DNA of 32,162 nt. It comes from a virus. Lineage: Duplodnaviria; Caudoviricetes. Below, one piece after another: positions 10,101-17,248 of this stretch. The DNA is taken from IMG/VR virus record IMGVR_UViG_3300031454_000249, positions 1 through 32,162 of that record; one strand, 5' to 3'. A program made the position numbers and the translations under genes. The notes beneath the pieces are model-generated. The model searched no databases, had not been told where the DNA came from, and saw only the letters and a program-made list of their open reading frames with translations. Position 1 is the first letter of the stretch; every line of letters begins with the position of its first letter.

Positions 10101-10515
10101 CGATGACATCGGTGCTCATCTTGGTCGCGGCCTCACGGGTGAAGCCCATCGGGATCAGCAGGTCACCGAAGCCAGCCGCCAGGCCGACCGCCTGGGAACG
10201 GGTCAAGCCCATCGCCTCGGCGTTCTGCGCTGCCCACAGCTGCGCCTTGCCGAGCTCGGGCCCGAAGACGGTCGCGGCCTTTTTGCCGAGCGCTTCGATC
10301 TGCACGCCCGTGCCGTAGAGCGCGACGGTGCCCGACGCTGCCGCGGTTCCGGCGACGGCCAGTCCAGTTGCGACTGCGAGACCGATGCCCTTGGCCGCCC
10401 CACCGAGCTTGGAGCCGAGCCCGCTAAAGCGGCCCTCGGACTCGGTAACGCCCTTGTTGAAGTCGGAGCGGTCGAGCTTGAGGTTCGCGACGAGTGTCCC
10501 GACGTCGAGGGCCAC
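7147..10515 (-). CDS. Tape measure protein with C-terminal M15-type (Zn D-Ala-D-Ala) peptidase domain
   Basis: 1122 aa, Ala-rich; MALDVGTLVANL start, QWLLNAALTANPIGLVV, GPGTKTSDSVPALLSNGEHV; SGFRS...SNH...AID...EPWH peptidase motif. Confidence 0.95.
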   Translation of the reverse strand: MALDVGTLVANLKLDRSDFNKGVTESEGRFSGLGSKLGGAAKGIGLAVATGLAVAGTAAASGTVALYGTGVQIEALGKKAATVFGPELGKAQLWAAQNAEAMGLTRSQAVGLAAGFGDLLIPMGFTREAATKMSTDVIGLSGALSEWSGGQKSASDVADILAKAMLGETDGLKSLGISLSAAEVKAALAAKGQDKLTGAALQQAEALAIQGLILAKSTDAQAAYAAGADDPIRKQAQLRARALELKDAFATALLPASNAVVGGLLQMSEGALPKVEAGLAFVAGAGKQAFDVLFRGDFTGGPLSEDSATVDRLFRLRDGMLQTAGIAKQAYDVLFRGDFTGGPLSEDSQAVDVLFRIREGLGQVKAAVSEAFASRGESIDFAAALDKGATAAQNLWPQIVAAGESVRGLEPVVTVTGRVFGFMADNIDTIIAVMPLLLAAFVAYKTAQAAGNVVALASLPIQAATVVGNLAAASANRALATAITQQTAMQNANQVATARGTIATIAGTVASVAANVATKAMAAGQWLLNAALTANPIGLVVVAIAALTGGLIYAYKNSETFRNIVKGAFDAVAGAVRWVVDKMGDLFGLLSNVPGMGWAKDAADKMVGLGTATSGAGASVDNLKESEDAAKTATDNLNAATQTTLDKFTLLNEGALSAARAEDGWKASLDAVTESVRQNGSSLDNNTAAGRANRSAIEGAASALNEKVKSDVAAMIQAGDLAGATRLATDTFEANRAKLIGVAVQSGLNREAAERYANQLLATPAQIATAIQTPGLDAARREVQGLGVDINGLSDKTINIIANAKANGIIGWGVDKFGNIGEYAVGGAVHGPGTKTSDSVPALLSNGEHVWTAAEVATLGGHQAMYALRAAVLRGEIGAYAAGGAVGRTVTVRGSSQAAELDSAVRGAMGVAAAAVQTSASAAVARASAAAASASSGVAGRGNVDAELLRRFDSWNASIGGALRIVSGFRSSERQAQLYAAYRAGTGNLAARPGSSNHEKSPAQAIDYGPANWARTATSYLFGLKAPIRSEPWHLERAFDGGGVAYGTGMMPKFTSRPERVLSPEQTEAFDRLVTVLDRQGVGAGVSVSVSADAGLAQQYAEQVAERTVAKWRDALAVAGTS
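9473..9646. repeat. Exact 51-bp direct repeat in the tape measure gene (9473-9523 and 9596-9646, 123-bp period)
   Basis: CTGTCCTCGGACAGCGGGCCGCCGGTGAAGTCGCCACGGAACAGGACGTCG occurs twice; encodes DVLFRGDFTGGPLSEDS. Confidence 0.93.
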
Positions 10516-10531
10516 CGCTCACCTCCGCTCG

Positions 10532-10876
10532 TCAGGACTGGTCAGGTGGGGGAGCGACCGCCCGCAACAGGCGTGTGTCGGCCGTCAGGAGCCCTTCGAT
10601 GCGGGCCTTGAGCCAGCGCCACGAGCGGGACCGCATCAACGTGCGGTCTCCGACGTCGACGCCGTACTCGCTGTGCAGGTCCGCCTCGATCAGCGCCCAG
10701 TGACCGAACAGGACCCGCCAGGTCAGACCGCCTTGCGTGCGGCTCGCTTCTTCGGGGAGCTCGTACCAGCGGTGGAGCCCCGAGCCTTCGACGACGTCGC
10801 CGTAGCCGACGACCCCTGGGAGGAGGCCTTCGCTACTGCCCGGCGCGCCTGACGGTTCGGGGCCGGTGCTTCCCCC
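10532..10876 (-). CDS. Tail assembly chaperone, -1 frameshift extension (gpGT-like C-terminal part)
   Basis: -1 frame open from GGGGGAA to TGA at 10532-10534, ending LTWRVLFGHWALIEADLHSEYGVDV...SWRWLKARIEGLLTADTRLLRAV; no start of its own with a clear RBS. Confidence 0.88.
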   Translation of the reverse strand, partial: GGSTGPEPSGAPGSSEGLLPGVVGYGDVVEGSGLHRWYELPEEASRTQGGLTWRVLFGHWALIEADLHSEYGVDVGDRTLMRSRSWRWLKARIEGLLTADTRLLRAVAPPPDQS

Positions 10877-11259
10877 ACCGCGGTAGACCTCCGCGCCTCC
10901 TCGGCCGCTGCCTCCGGGCCGAGGGTGAAGTAGAGCAGCGCGAAGCGTCCGAGTCGCTGGATGCGGACCCAGGACACGCCATCGGCGAGCAGCTGGTCGT
11001 AGACCTTGCCGAGCACGTCGCGAAGGAACTCGCGCTCCTGGTCGTCGTCGAGCTTGAGTCGCTCGGCGTCCTTCGAGTTGAGCTCGGCGCCGACAGCCAG
11101 GTCGACGCCGAGGCTGACCATCGCCGTCAGGCGCACGCCGGTAGCTGCGTCCGGGGACTCGATCCGGTAGGACCGGCCATCGGGGTGCTCGCGGCTGCGG
11201 ATCGGCGGCGTGTCGATCGCGTCGTCGTCGAGGTAGGAGCCGAAGTCGACGTAACCCAC
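10723..11259 (-). CDS. Tail assembly chaperone (gpG-like)
   Basis: Between tail tube and tape measure; contains slippery site and PNRQARRA motif. Confidence 0.88.
   Translation of the reverse strand: MGYVDFGSYLDDDAIDTPPIRSREHPDGRSYRIESPDAATGVRLTAMVSLGVDLAVGAELNSKDAERLKLDDDQEREFLRDVLGKVYDQLLADGVSWVRIQRLGRFALLYFTLGPEAAAEEARRSTAVGEAPAPNRQARRAVAKASSQGSSATATSSKARGSTAGTSSPKKRAARKAV
10870..10876 (-). promoter_or_regulatory. Programmed -1 frameshift site G GGG GAA
   Basis: Heptamer in the correct phase (GTG GGG GAA); same heptamer as the mycobacteriophage L5-type tail chaperone site. Confidence 0.85.
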
Positions 11260-11262
11260 GGC

Positions 11263-11595
11263 TCAGGCTCCCATCGCGGCGAGGCGCCGGGTGTCGGCGG
11301 CGATCACCTCGGAGGGGATGACGGCGATGACGGTCGTCTCGGTCGCGAGGCGGTTGCCCACAGGAATGCCCCGGCCCAGGTTGTCGCGGCGGTACCGCAC
11401 GACCTCAACACGGTCACTCCACACTCGGACCGACGAGACGCCTACGAGCGGGATGCCCAACGCTCCGACAACGGGACGCGTGACGTCGAACAGGACCGAC
11501 GAGGCGGGGCCGTGCGGCTTGCCGCCCCGAACACCCTCGGCCTGCTCGGACGTGATGAACAGCGGCAGCGACGGAAGCGGACCCTTATGCGACAT
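11263..11595 (-). CDS. Hypothetical 110-aa protein (MSHKGPLPSL...) between tail tube and chaperone
   Basis: TGATG overlap with major tail stop; fills the gap up to the chaperone gene. Confidence 0.6.
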   Translation of the reverse strand: MSHKGPLPSLPLFITSEQAEGVRGGKPHGPASSVLFDVTRPVVGALGIPLVGVSSVRVWSDRVEVVRYRRDNLGRGIPVGNRLATETTVIAVIPSEVIAADTRRLAAMGA

Positions 11596-12089
11596 CAAGC
11601 CGGGTGCGCGATGGCTACGAGCGCACCCTGCCCCGAGAGCTTGCAGCTCGCGGTCCGCAGGGCCGTCATGCCGCCGCCCTCTTCGGAGTACGCGACCGAC
11701 GCGCGGCCCTGGTAGGCCTCGGCGCGCGGGCCACCCTCCTCCATCTCGTAGTACCGGAGTTCGCACGAGTTCGCGACGCCGAACTTGCCGTAGGACTTGA
11801 GGCGCAGGAACTCCTGACCCGGGTCGTAGGCGGTGGTCGAGGCAGCCGTCACCTTGCGGGCGAGCGTGACATCAGCCGACCACTTCTCGGCCGTCTTCGT
11901 CTCGGACTGGAAGCCGCCAGCGTCGAAGTCGGAGTCGTCCTCCATGTTGCCGTCACGGGACGGCTTGAAGTTGCTGATGCCGCCGACAGGGGTCCAGATG
12001 GGGACGGCGGTCGAGCCGGTGTTGACGTCCAACCACCAGGAGCGAACGGTGGTGGACGGGCCGAGGGTGACGCGGGCGGGAGCGGGCAT
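11595..12089 (-). CDS. Major tail (tube) protein
   Basis: EDDSDFDAGGFQSETKT...YDPGQEFLR...YQGRA...GQG; position; AGGAG RBS. Confidence 0.9.
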   Translation of the reverse strand: MPAPARVTLGPSTTVRSWWLDVNTGSTAVPIWTPVGGISNFKPSRDGNMEDDSDFDAGGFQSETKTAEKWSADVTLARKVTAASTTAYDPGQEFLRLKSYGKFGVANSCELRYYEMEEGGPRAEAYQGRASVAYSEEGGGMTALRTASCKLSGQGALVAIAHPA

Positions 12090-12130
12090 GTCGGAGCTCC
12101 TAGCTCAAACGAAGGGACGAGCGGGCGGGG

Positions 12131-12457
12131 TCAGACCTCGAGGACGGCGACAGTGACGCTCGTGACCGCCGAGTAGTCGACGTTCACAGAGCCGGTCGGC
12201 TGCGCCGACGTGCTCGACGGCCGGATGAAGCGCTCGGCAGCGGCGGGGACCGCGATGACACGGTTGCCGACCGTCAGGCCTTCGAGCGTCGTCGTCGTCG
12301 GCAGGGTCACGTTCACCGACGCTGCCGAGGCGTTCTTGACGAAGAGGATGCGGCGGGAGTCGAGGACCACGCTGTTGCCGTCGACGTTCGCCGGCTCCGT
12401 GGCCAGCGCGATGCCGGCGACGGCCACGCGCTGCGCAGTGATGGCGGTTCGAGCCAT
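12131..12457 (-). CDS. Small beta-rich virion protein (decoration-like)
   Basis: MARTAITAQ...LFVKNASAAS...VDYSAVTSVTVAV; GGAGG RBS; within structural operon. Confidence 0.7.
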   Translation of the reverse strand: MARTAITAQRVAVAGIALATEPANVDGNSVVLDSRRILFVKNASAASVNVTLPTTTTLEGLTVGNRVIAVPAAAERFIRPSSTSAQPTGSVNVDYSAVTSVTVAVLEV

Positions 12458-12458
12458 G

Positions 12459-12815
12459 TCAGGCCTCCATCTTCTTGAGCTCGGGCAGGGTCAGCGCCCA
12501 TGCCTCGTAGGACGGGACGCCCCGCGAGATCGCCCATGCCACCCATGCGTCCTTGAGCGCGTCGCTGGCCGGGCGGCCGTTGTCGGGCTCGGGGTCCGGA
12601 ACGATCTCGGGCAGGTCGATCGGGACGTCGGCCAGCATCGGCGCAGACGGGGGGCCACCGGACGCAGGTTCAGCGAACGTCGGGTCTGCGGGCGGCAGCT
12701 CGACAGGCACGTCCACGAGCATCGGGGCCGACAACGCGCCGGGGATCGTGACCGCCATCGCCTGCGCCTGATCGAGCGCCGGGGCCTTCTGCTTCTGGGG
12801 GGTGGGATCGGGCAC
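12459..12815 (-). CDS. Pro-rich hypothetical protein with internal repeat and small helical C-terminal domain
   Basis: Probable GTG start at 12815 with GAGG; SAPMLVDVPVELP / SAPMLADVPIDLP repeat; RPASDALKDAWVAWA. Confidence 0.65.
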   Translation of the reverse strand: MPDPTPQKQKAPALDQAQAMAVTIPGALSAPMLVDVPVELPPADPTFAEPASGGPPSAPMLADVPIDLPEIVPDPEPDNGRPASDALKDAWVAWAISRGVPSYEAWALTLPELKKMEA

Positions 12816-12826
12816 GGTCGGTCCTC

Positions 12827-13264
12827 TCAGGTCCGGTGCGACGAAGGCCGCCACACAGTCAGGGCGTAGTTGCTGGTGCGCTCGTGCCGTCCGTTGCCGT
12901 CAGTCCCGAGCGGCGTCCCGGACCGGCGCTCGCACATCACTAGGCGCAACCCGCCCGGGAGGGTGACGCCGTGCGCGCCGTGCAGGCGGTCGAACACGTC
13001 GTCGTCCACGTCCTGCACGGTGCGCGGATCCCGGGAGCCCCGCGTTCGGACCTGCAGTCCCTGGACACTGTCCGACATGGAGTAGCTGTCCGAGACGACG
13101 TAGGGGGTCAGCACGATCACCTCGTCCGGGGACGACGGGACCGAGGTGATGACGATGGGCCGGACGTCGGCGGGCAGGTACGCCCCGGACGGCTTCCACG
13201 TCCCCACCCCACCGGAGGCGAGGTAGGCCGCGACACCGGTCAGCAGGTCGTCACTGAAACCCAC
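12827..13264 (-). CDS. Tail terminator / minor capsid-family protein
   Basis: PSSPDEVIVLTPY...LQVRTRG...LGTDGNGRHERTSNY; position. Confidence 0.8.
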   Translation of the reverse strand: MGFSDDLLTGVAAYLASGGVGTWKPSGAYLPADVRPIVITSVPSSPDEVIVLTPYVVSDSYSMSDSVQGLQVRTRGSRDPRTVQDVDDDVFDRLHGAHGVTLPGGLRLVMCERRSGTPLGTDGNGRHERTSNYALTVWRPSSHRT

Positions 13265-13577
13265 GGCGCACCTCCGAAGCCATCAGCCGGAGGATCTCGG
13301 CGTCGCTGCCGAACAGCGCCGTCTCGAGGAACTTCGCCTGCCCGTCGTCGTGGGCGTAGTTCAGGCGCTCGTGCTGCGGCACCGCGGCCGGGTCGTCGTA
13401 GGAAACCGCCGCCTCGCCGCGCAGCCGATCGACCGTCACCTTCGAGGACGCCTGCAACGCGCCAGTGAGGTCAGGGACCATCCCGTTCGACTCCTGCTCG
13501 AGGAACTCGGCCGCCGCCTCCAGCCCGTCGGCGATGGCCGGAGGGATGCGAGCCAACGCCGCGCGATCGAAGGCCAC
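13251..13577 (-). CDS. Neck protein (HK97 gp10 / minor capsid-like)
   Basis: VPDLTGALQAS...VSYD...QHE...GQAKFLE. Confidence 0.8.
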   Translation of the reverse strand: MAFDRAALARIPPAIADGLEAAAEFLEQESNGMVPDLTGALQASSKVTVDRLRGEAAVSYDDPAAVPQHERLNYAHDDGQAKFLETALFGSDAEILRLMASEVRRGFQ

Positions 13578-13906
13578 TAGGTCAACGTCACTTCGAGGTA
13601 GACCAGCCGGCCGCGGTCCAGCACCGGCTTCGCTGTGATGACCCGGGCCTCACGGCCGCGGACGGCCACGAGCGACTCGGGGACGAACAGACCCTCGAGG
13701 TCGAGCGCAGGATCGAGGTTGGGGGACAGGCGCAGTGTCGTCTCCGACACCACCTCGTCCCCGTTGCGGGACCGGACCAGGCGCCGGCCGGCATCGAGCT
13801 GGCAGAGAGTGGTGACCTGCGGGGCATAGGACGGCCCGTAGGCACCCTCGCCGCCGTAGGTCTGCACCTCGACCACCTCGGTCAGGTGGCGCGGCGGGAA
13901 GATCAC
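13577..13906 (-). CDS. Head-to-tail stopper (head closure); true start GTG at 13906
   Basis: GTGA overlap; YGGEGAYGPSY...RRLVRSRNGDEVVSET. Confidence 0.8.
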   Translation of the reverse strand: MIFPPRHLTEVVEVQTYGGEGAYGPSYAPQVTTLCQLDAGRRLVRSRNGDEVVSETTLRLSPNLDPALDLEGLFVPESLVAVRGREARVITAKPVLDRGRLVYLEVTLT

Positions 13907-14253
13907 CAGGCAGGCCAGGGGCTCGCGTCGGGGAAGCTGAACGACGGTCCAGCGCTCACCGAGTAGACCGCTGCGGCGGCGGACAGGATCTCCGAGCGCC
14001 GGCGAACCGGCCAACTCGATGTGACGTCGCCGGCCTCCTCGGACTGCCGGCCGGTCGGGTTGTCGTAGACGAGCGAGGCCAGCTCGACGCCCCACGCCCA
14101 CAGGTCGTCCGGGACTGGGTCGGGCCACTCGCTCAGCCGGGTCGCCGACAGCAGCAACCCGGAAGCGACACGGATGGCCGACAGCGCCTCCTCGTCGGAG
14201 ATCTGCACCTTGAGGTGGACGCGCAGGTCGGTTGGGCTCAACAGGTACGTCAT
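13903..14253 (-). CDS. Head-to-tail adaptor
   Basis: Size and position; ELASLVYDNPTG motif; GGAGG RBS. Confidence 0.8.
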   Translation of the reverse strand: MTYLLSPTDLRVHLKVQISDEEALSAIRVASGLLLSATRLSEWPDPVPDDLWAWGVELASLVYDNPTGRQSEEAGDVTSSWPVRRRSEILSAAAAVYSVSAGPSFSFPDASPWPAW

Positions 14254-14276
14254 GCGTCACCCCCTCCCACGTCGGG

Positions 14277-14315
14277 CCGCGCCCGGCCCCACGACGAGCG
14301 CAGGGCCGGGCGCGG
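14277..14315 (-). terminator. Perfect 13-bp GC-rich inverted repeat after the capsid genes (terminator or mRNA-stabilising hairpin)
   Basis: CCGCGCCCGGCCC-N13-GGGCCGGGCGCGG in intergenic gap; no U-tract. Confidence 0.55.
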
Positions 14316-14320
14316 TGCAG

Positions 14321-14614
14321 CTACTTGACGAGCGCCCTGGCCAGCGGCTCTGGCTCGGGCGGGAGAGCGGCCTTGGCCGCCTCGAGCTGCGCGACGGCCA
14401 GCGCGTACACCGCCCGCTCACGGGCGCCCGGCTCAACGACTGCGCCGGCGGTGACCAGACGCCGGGCCTCCTCGACGTCAAGCTTGACCTTGTCGCCCCG
14501 ACGGTGCCGCTTGAAGTTGAACGGCTCGCCGGGGGCGGACAGGACCTGGTCCCACTGCAGCGCGGCCAGCTCGTACGTGCCGGCCTTGATCGCGTCCGTG
14601 TCGGGGGTGCTCAT
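14321..14614 (-). CDS. Small head-associated hypothetical protein
   Basis: ATGA overlap with capsid stop; RRGDKVKLDVEEARRLVTAGAV. Confidence 0.7.
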   Translation of the reverse strand: MSTPDTDAIKAGTYELAALQWDQVLSAPGEPFNFKRHRRGDKVKLDVEEARRLVTAGAVVEPGARERAVYALAVAQLEAAKAALPPEPEPLARALVK

Positions 14615-15546
14615 GCCGCCTGCACCCCGGTGATCCAGCACGCGGCCAGCGGCTGGTCGATGCCGATGACGCGCTTCTCGGAGGTATCCGAGCGCCAGGT
14701 CTCCGTCGGGCCGCCGTTGGGGCCTCCACCCTCGCCGTACAGGCCGGTCGCCTCCAAGGGGCGGGTGTCGCTGCGGAAGCCGACCGTGTTGCGCTCAAGC
14801 ACCAGCACCCGGTCCTTGGGCCAGCTGCGGCTGGTCAGGGCCAGCATGCCGAGCACGTCGCGCTCCAGCTTGCCGGTGTAGCCGATCGACTGCGGCGTGA
14901 GCGAGTCCTTGTAGACCTTGAGGAACTCCTCGTTGTCCAGCAGCACCGGCGCGATGCTGGACGGGAACACGACCGTGTCGGCCAGGAAGCCGAGGTTGTC
15001 GTCGTCGGCCGCAGTCGTCGAGGCCTGCGCCGAGCCGACGACCTCCATCGCGTTGGCGATGTCGCGCCGGGGCTTGCTCCCGACGGCGGTCCAGGCCAGT
15101 GACGCCGCGATCGTCGGGATCGCCGGGTTGAGAAGCGCCGTCCGCAGCGCCCGGGAACGGGCCAGATGCATGGTGTTCGCGAGCTGCGTGATCTGCAGGT
15201 TCACCGCGTCCACGTTGTTCTCGTCGCGCATCTCACGCGACACCCGCACGCCCAGTGCGCGCTTGAGGGCGAAGGCGATACGCGGCAGGCCGAGCTGCCC
15301 GGCTGCCACCGGGATCTCGGCGAACTCGGCAACCTCCTCGACGTCGGCGCCGAGGTACAGCGGCGTCGACTCCGAGAACGACACCAGTCCGTTGGTGTTA
15401 CGCCCGGCGTCGCGCAGCAGCACGTCGATGACGTCGGTGTTCGACATCAGATCCAGGATGCGGGCAGGGATCATGAGCGGATTGCCGATGAGGTCGGCAA
15501 CCGTGGTGCGGGAACCGTCGCTGACGCTCAGCACGGGGACGGGCAT
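14611..15546 (-). CDS. Major capsid protein
   Basis: 311 aa after protease and decoration genes; EEVAEFAEIP...KRALGVRVSREM...IDQPLAACWITGV; AAGGAG RBS. Confidence 0.92.
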   Translation of the reverse strand: MPVPVLSVSDGSRTTVADLIGNPLMIPARILDLMSNTDVIDVLLRDAGRNTNGLVSFSESTPLYLGADVEEVAEFAEIPVAAGQLGLPRIAFALKRALGVRVSREMRDENNVDAVNLQITQLANTMHLARSRALRTALLNPAIPTIAASLAWTAVGSKPRRDIANAMEVVGSAQASTTAADDDNLGFLADTVVFPSSIAPVLLDNEEFLKVYKDSLTPQSIGYTGKLERDVLGMLALTSRSWPKDRVLVLERNTVGFRSDTRPLEATGLYGEGGGPNGGPTETWRSDTSEKRVIGIDQPLAACWITGVQAA

Positions 15547-15575
15547 GGAGTTCTCCTTCTCCTGGGCTGGGTTGG

Positions 15576-16019
15576 TCAGGCGGTCCGCATGAGACCGACT
15601 GCACCGGCGGCCACCCCGGCAGGGGCGGTGCAGGTACCGACGATCGTGCGGGCGTCGGGGGTGATGCCGGCCGGGGTGACCTGGCCGTTCGCGGCTGCGA
15701 TGAGCTTCTGGCCGAAGGTGGCGATGGCGGCGTAGGTGACCGGCACCTCGTCGCCTCCGTAGGCCACTGCGACACGGGTTGGGCTCAGCGCGGCGTTGAG
15801 GACCTGCCGCCCGTTCACCAGCGTCGGGGTGGTCGAGATGAGCTCGGGGCTCGTGGCGTCGGTCAGCGCGACGCCGAGCACGACGAGGCTGCCGGCGACG
15901 GCGACGCCGATGCGGCTACCGGCGCGCCCCTCGACGAGCTGGCCGCCGGTGATGACGGCGTCGGCGGCCGGGGTGTAGGTCCGAGGACCGGTCTTGGTGA
16001 CCTGCAGAACGGCGCTCAC
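15576..16019 (-). CDS. Capsid decoration/cement protein (DUF2190-like)
   Basis: 147 aa Gly/Ala/Val-rich, between scaffold and capsid; VLGVALTDA, FGQKLIAAANG. Confidence 0.75.
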   Translation of the reverse strand: MSAVLQVTKTGPRTYTPAADAVITGGQLVEGRAGSRIGVAVAGSLVVLGVALTDATSPELISTTPTLVNGRQVLNAALSPTRVAVAYGGDEVPVTYAAIATFGQKLIAAANGQVTPAGITPDARTIVGTCTAPAGVAAGAVGLMRTA

Positions 16020-16477
16020 GTGGTGCTCCAGTTCTTGTAGACGTCGGACTCGCGGACGGCGGCTGCGGTGGTGGCAGGGGTCTCGGGCTCACCGGCGTGA
16101 CCGACGCTGGCGACCGGCAGCAGGTCGGGCGCGGCCGCGAAGTGCGCGCGGGTTCCCTCGGGGTCCCGGTCGTACTCCGTCTCCCACGCCGCCCGGTTGG
16201 TGGGCGCGTACCTGGCGCACATCGAGTCCAGGAACTCGGTGCGCTCCCGCTGCTGCAGCTGGGCCGCTGCCTGGGTGCCGGCCGCAGCGCCCGCCTCCAG
16301 GTCGCGTAGGCGGGCCTCCGGGATGGTGACGTGCCCAGTCGGCACGGCGGCGGGGGCCGTCGTCTGCTCGGCCCGCTCGGACAGTGCCTCGTCGAGACAG
16401 GCCAGGACGGTGGCCTCGTCGGCGTCGTCGGCGAAGCCGAGGCGCTCCCGCAGGCCGGGGATCAGGGTGTCGGACAT
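16016..16477 (-). CDS. Nested in-frame scaffolding protein (MSDTLIPGL...)
   Basis: AAGGAG (16487-16492) 9 nt before an internal in-frame ATG, after a P/A-rich linker. Confidence 0.65.
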   Translation of the reverse strand: MSDTLIPGLRERLGFADDADEATVLACLDEALSERAEQTTAPAAVPTGHVTIPEARLRDLEAGAAAGTQAAAQLQQRERTEFLDSMCARYAPTNRAAWETEYDRDPEGTRAHFAAAPDLLPVASVGHAGEPETPATTAAAVRESDVYKNWSTT

Positions 16478-17248
16478 CGTGTCCGGCTCCTTCCGGTTGG
16501 TGCCGCCTGCGGCGGCGGGCTCGGCGGCGGACGCCGTCGAGGGAACAGGGGGCGCCGGGGCGTGCTGCCGGCCCGCGTGCGCGAACATCCGAAGGTCATG
16601 CCGGGCCACCGCCGCAGCAGGGTCGGCGCTCACGGCGCTGTCCGCCAGCAGCCGATCCGCGAGGCCGGCAGCGATCGCCTCGGCCGGCGAATACCACGTC
16701 TCAGCGCGCATCACCTCGCGCCAGAACGCGACGTCGCCGCCGGCCTTGCCTGCGTAGCCAGCGGCGTAACTGTCTGACAGGTGGTCGAGCGCCCGGGACT
16801 GCTGGGCCAGGACGTCAGCCGTGCCCCACGCGCCGCCGCTCGCCTCATGCACCAGCATCTGGCTGCTCGGCGCCATGACCACCTCGTTGGCGCCCATCGC
16901 CACCATCGAGGCAGCGGAGGCGGCGAGGCCGTCGACCACGGCGACCACACGGGCAGGGTGCTGACGCAGCAGATTCGCGATCGCGACGCCCTCGCTGGCC
17001 TGGCCTCCAGGCGAGTTGAGGTGGACTTCAAGGGTCGCGGTGTCGGCCGGGATCGCGTCCAGTGCGGCGGCGACCTCGGTCGCGCTCACGCCCCAGAAGC
17101 CGCCCCAGGAGTCGAGCACGTCGTAGATGCGGATGACCGGGACCTCGCCGTCGACCAACACCACCTCGGCGCGTGGCGTTGCCTCGCGGACCCGCTCGGC
17201 CATCCGGTCCCGGGCCACGAACCGCACCATCTCTGGCCGATCGCTCAT
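16016..17248 (-). CDS. ClpP-like head maturation protease fused to scaffolding domain
   Basis: HLNSPGG, DGLAASAAS (Ser), LVHEAS (His), ETWY...GLAD; C-terminal helical region. Confidence 0.92.
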   Translation of the reverse strand: MSDRPEMVRFVARDRMAERVREATPRAEVVLVDGEVPVIRIYDVLDSWGGFWGVSATEVAAALDAIPADTATLEVHLNSPGGQASEGVAIANLLRQHPARVVAVVDGLAASAASMVAMGANEVVMAPSSQMLVHEASGGAWGTADVLAQQSRALDHLSDSYAAGYAGKAGGDVAFWREVMRAETWYSPAEAIAAGLADRLLADSAVSADPAAAVARHDLRMFAHAGRQHAPAPPVPSTASAAEPAAAGGTNRKEPDTMSDTLIPGLRERLGFADDADEATVLACLDEALSERAEQTTAPAAVPTGHVTIPEARLRDLEAGAAAGTQAAAQLQQRERTEFLDSMCARYAPTNRAAWETEYDRDPEGTRAHFAAAPDLLPVASVGHAGEPETPATTAAAVRESDVYKNWSTT

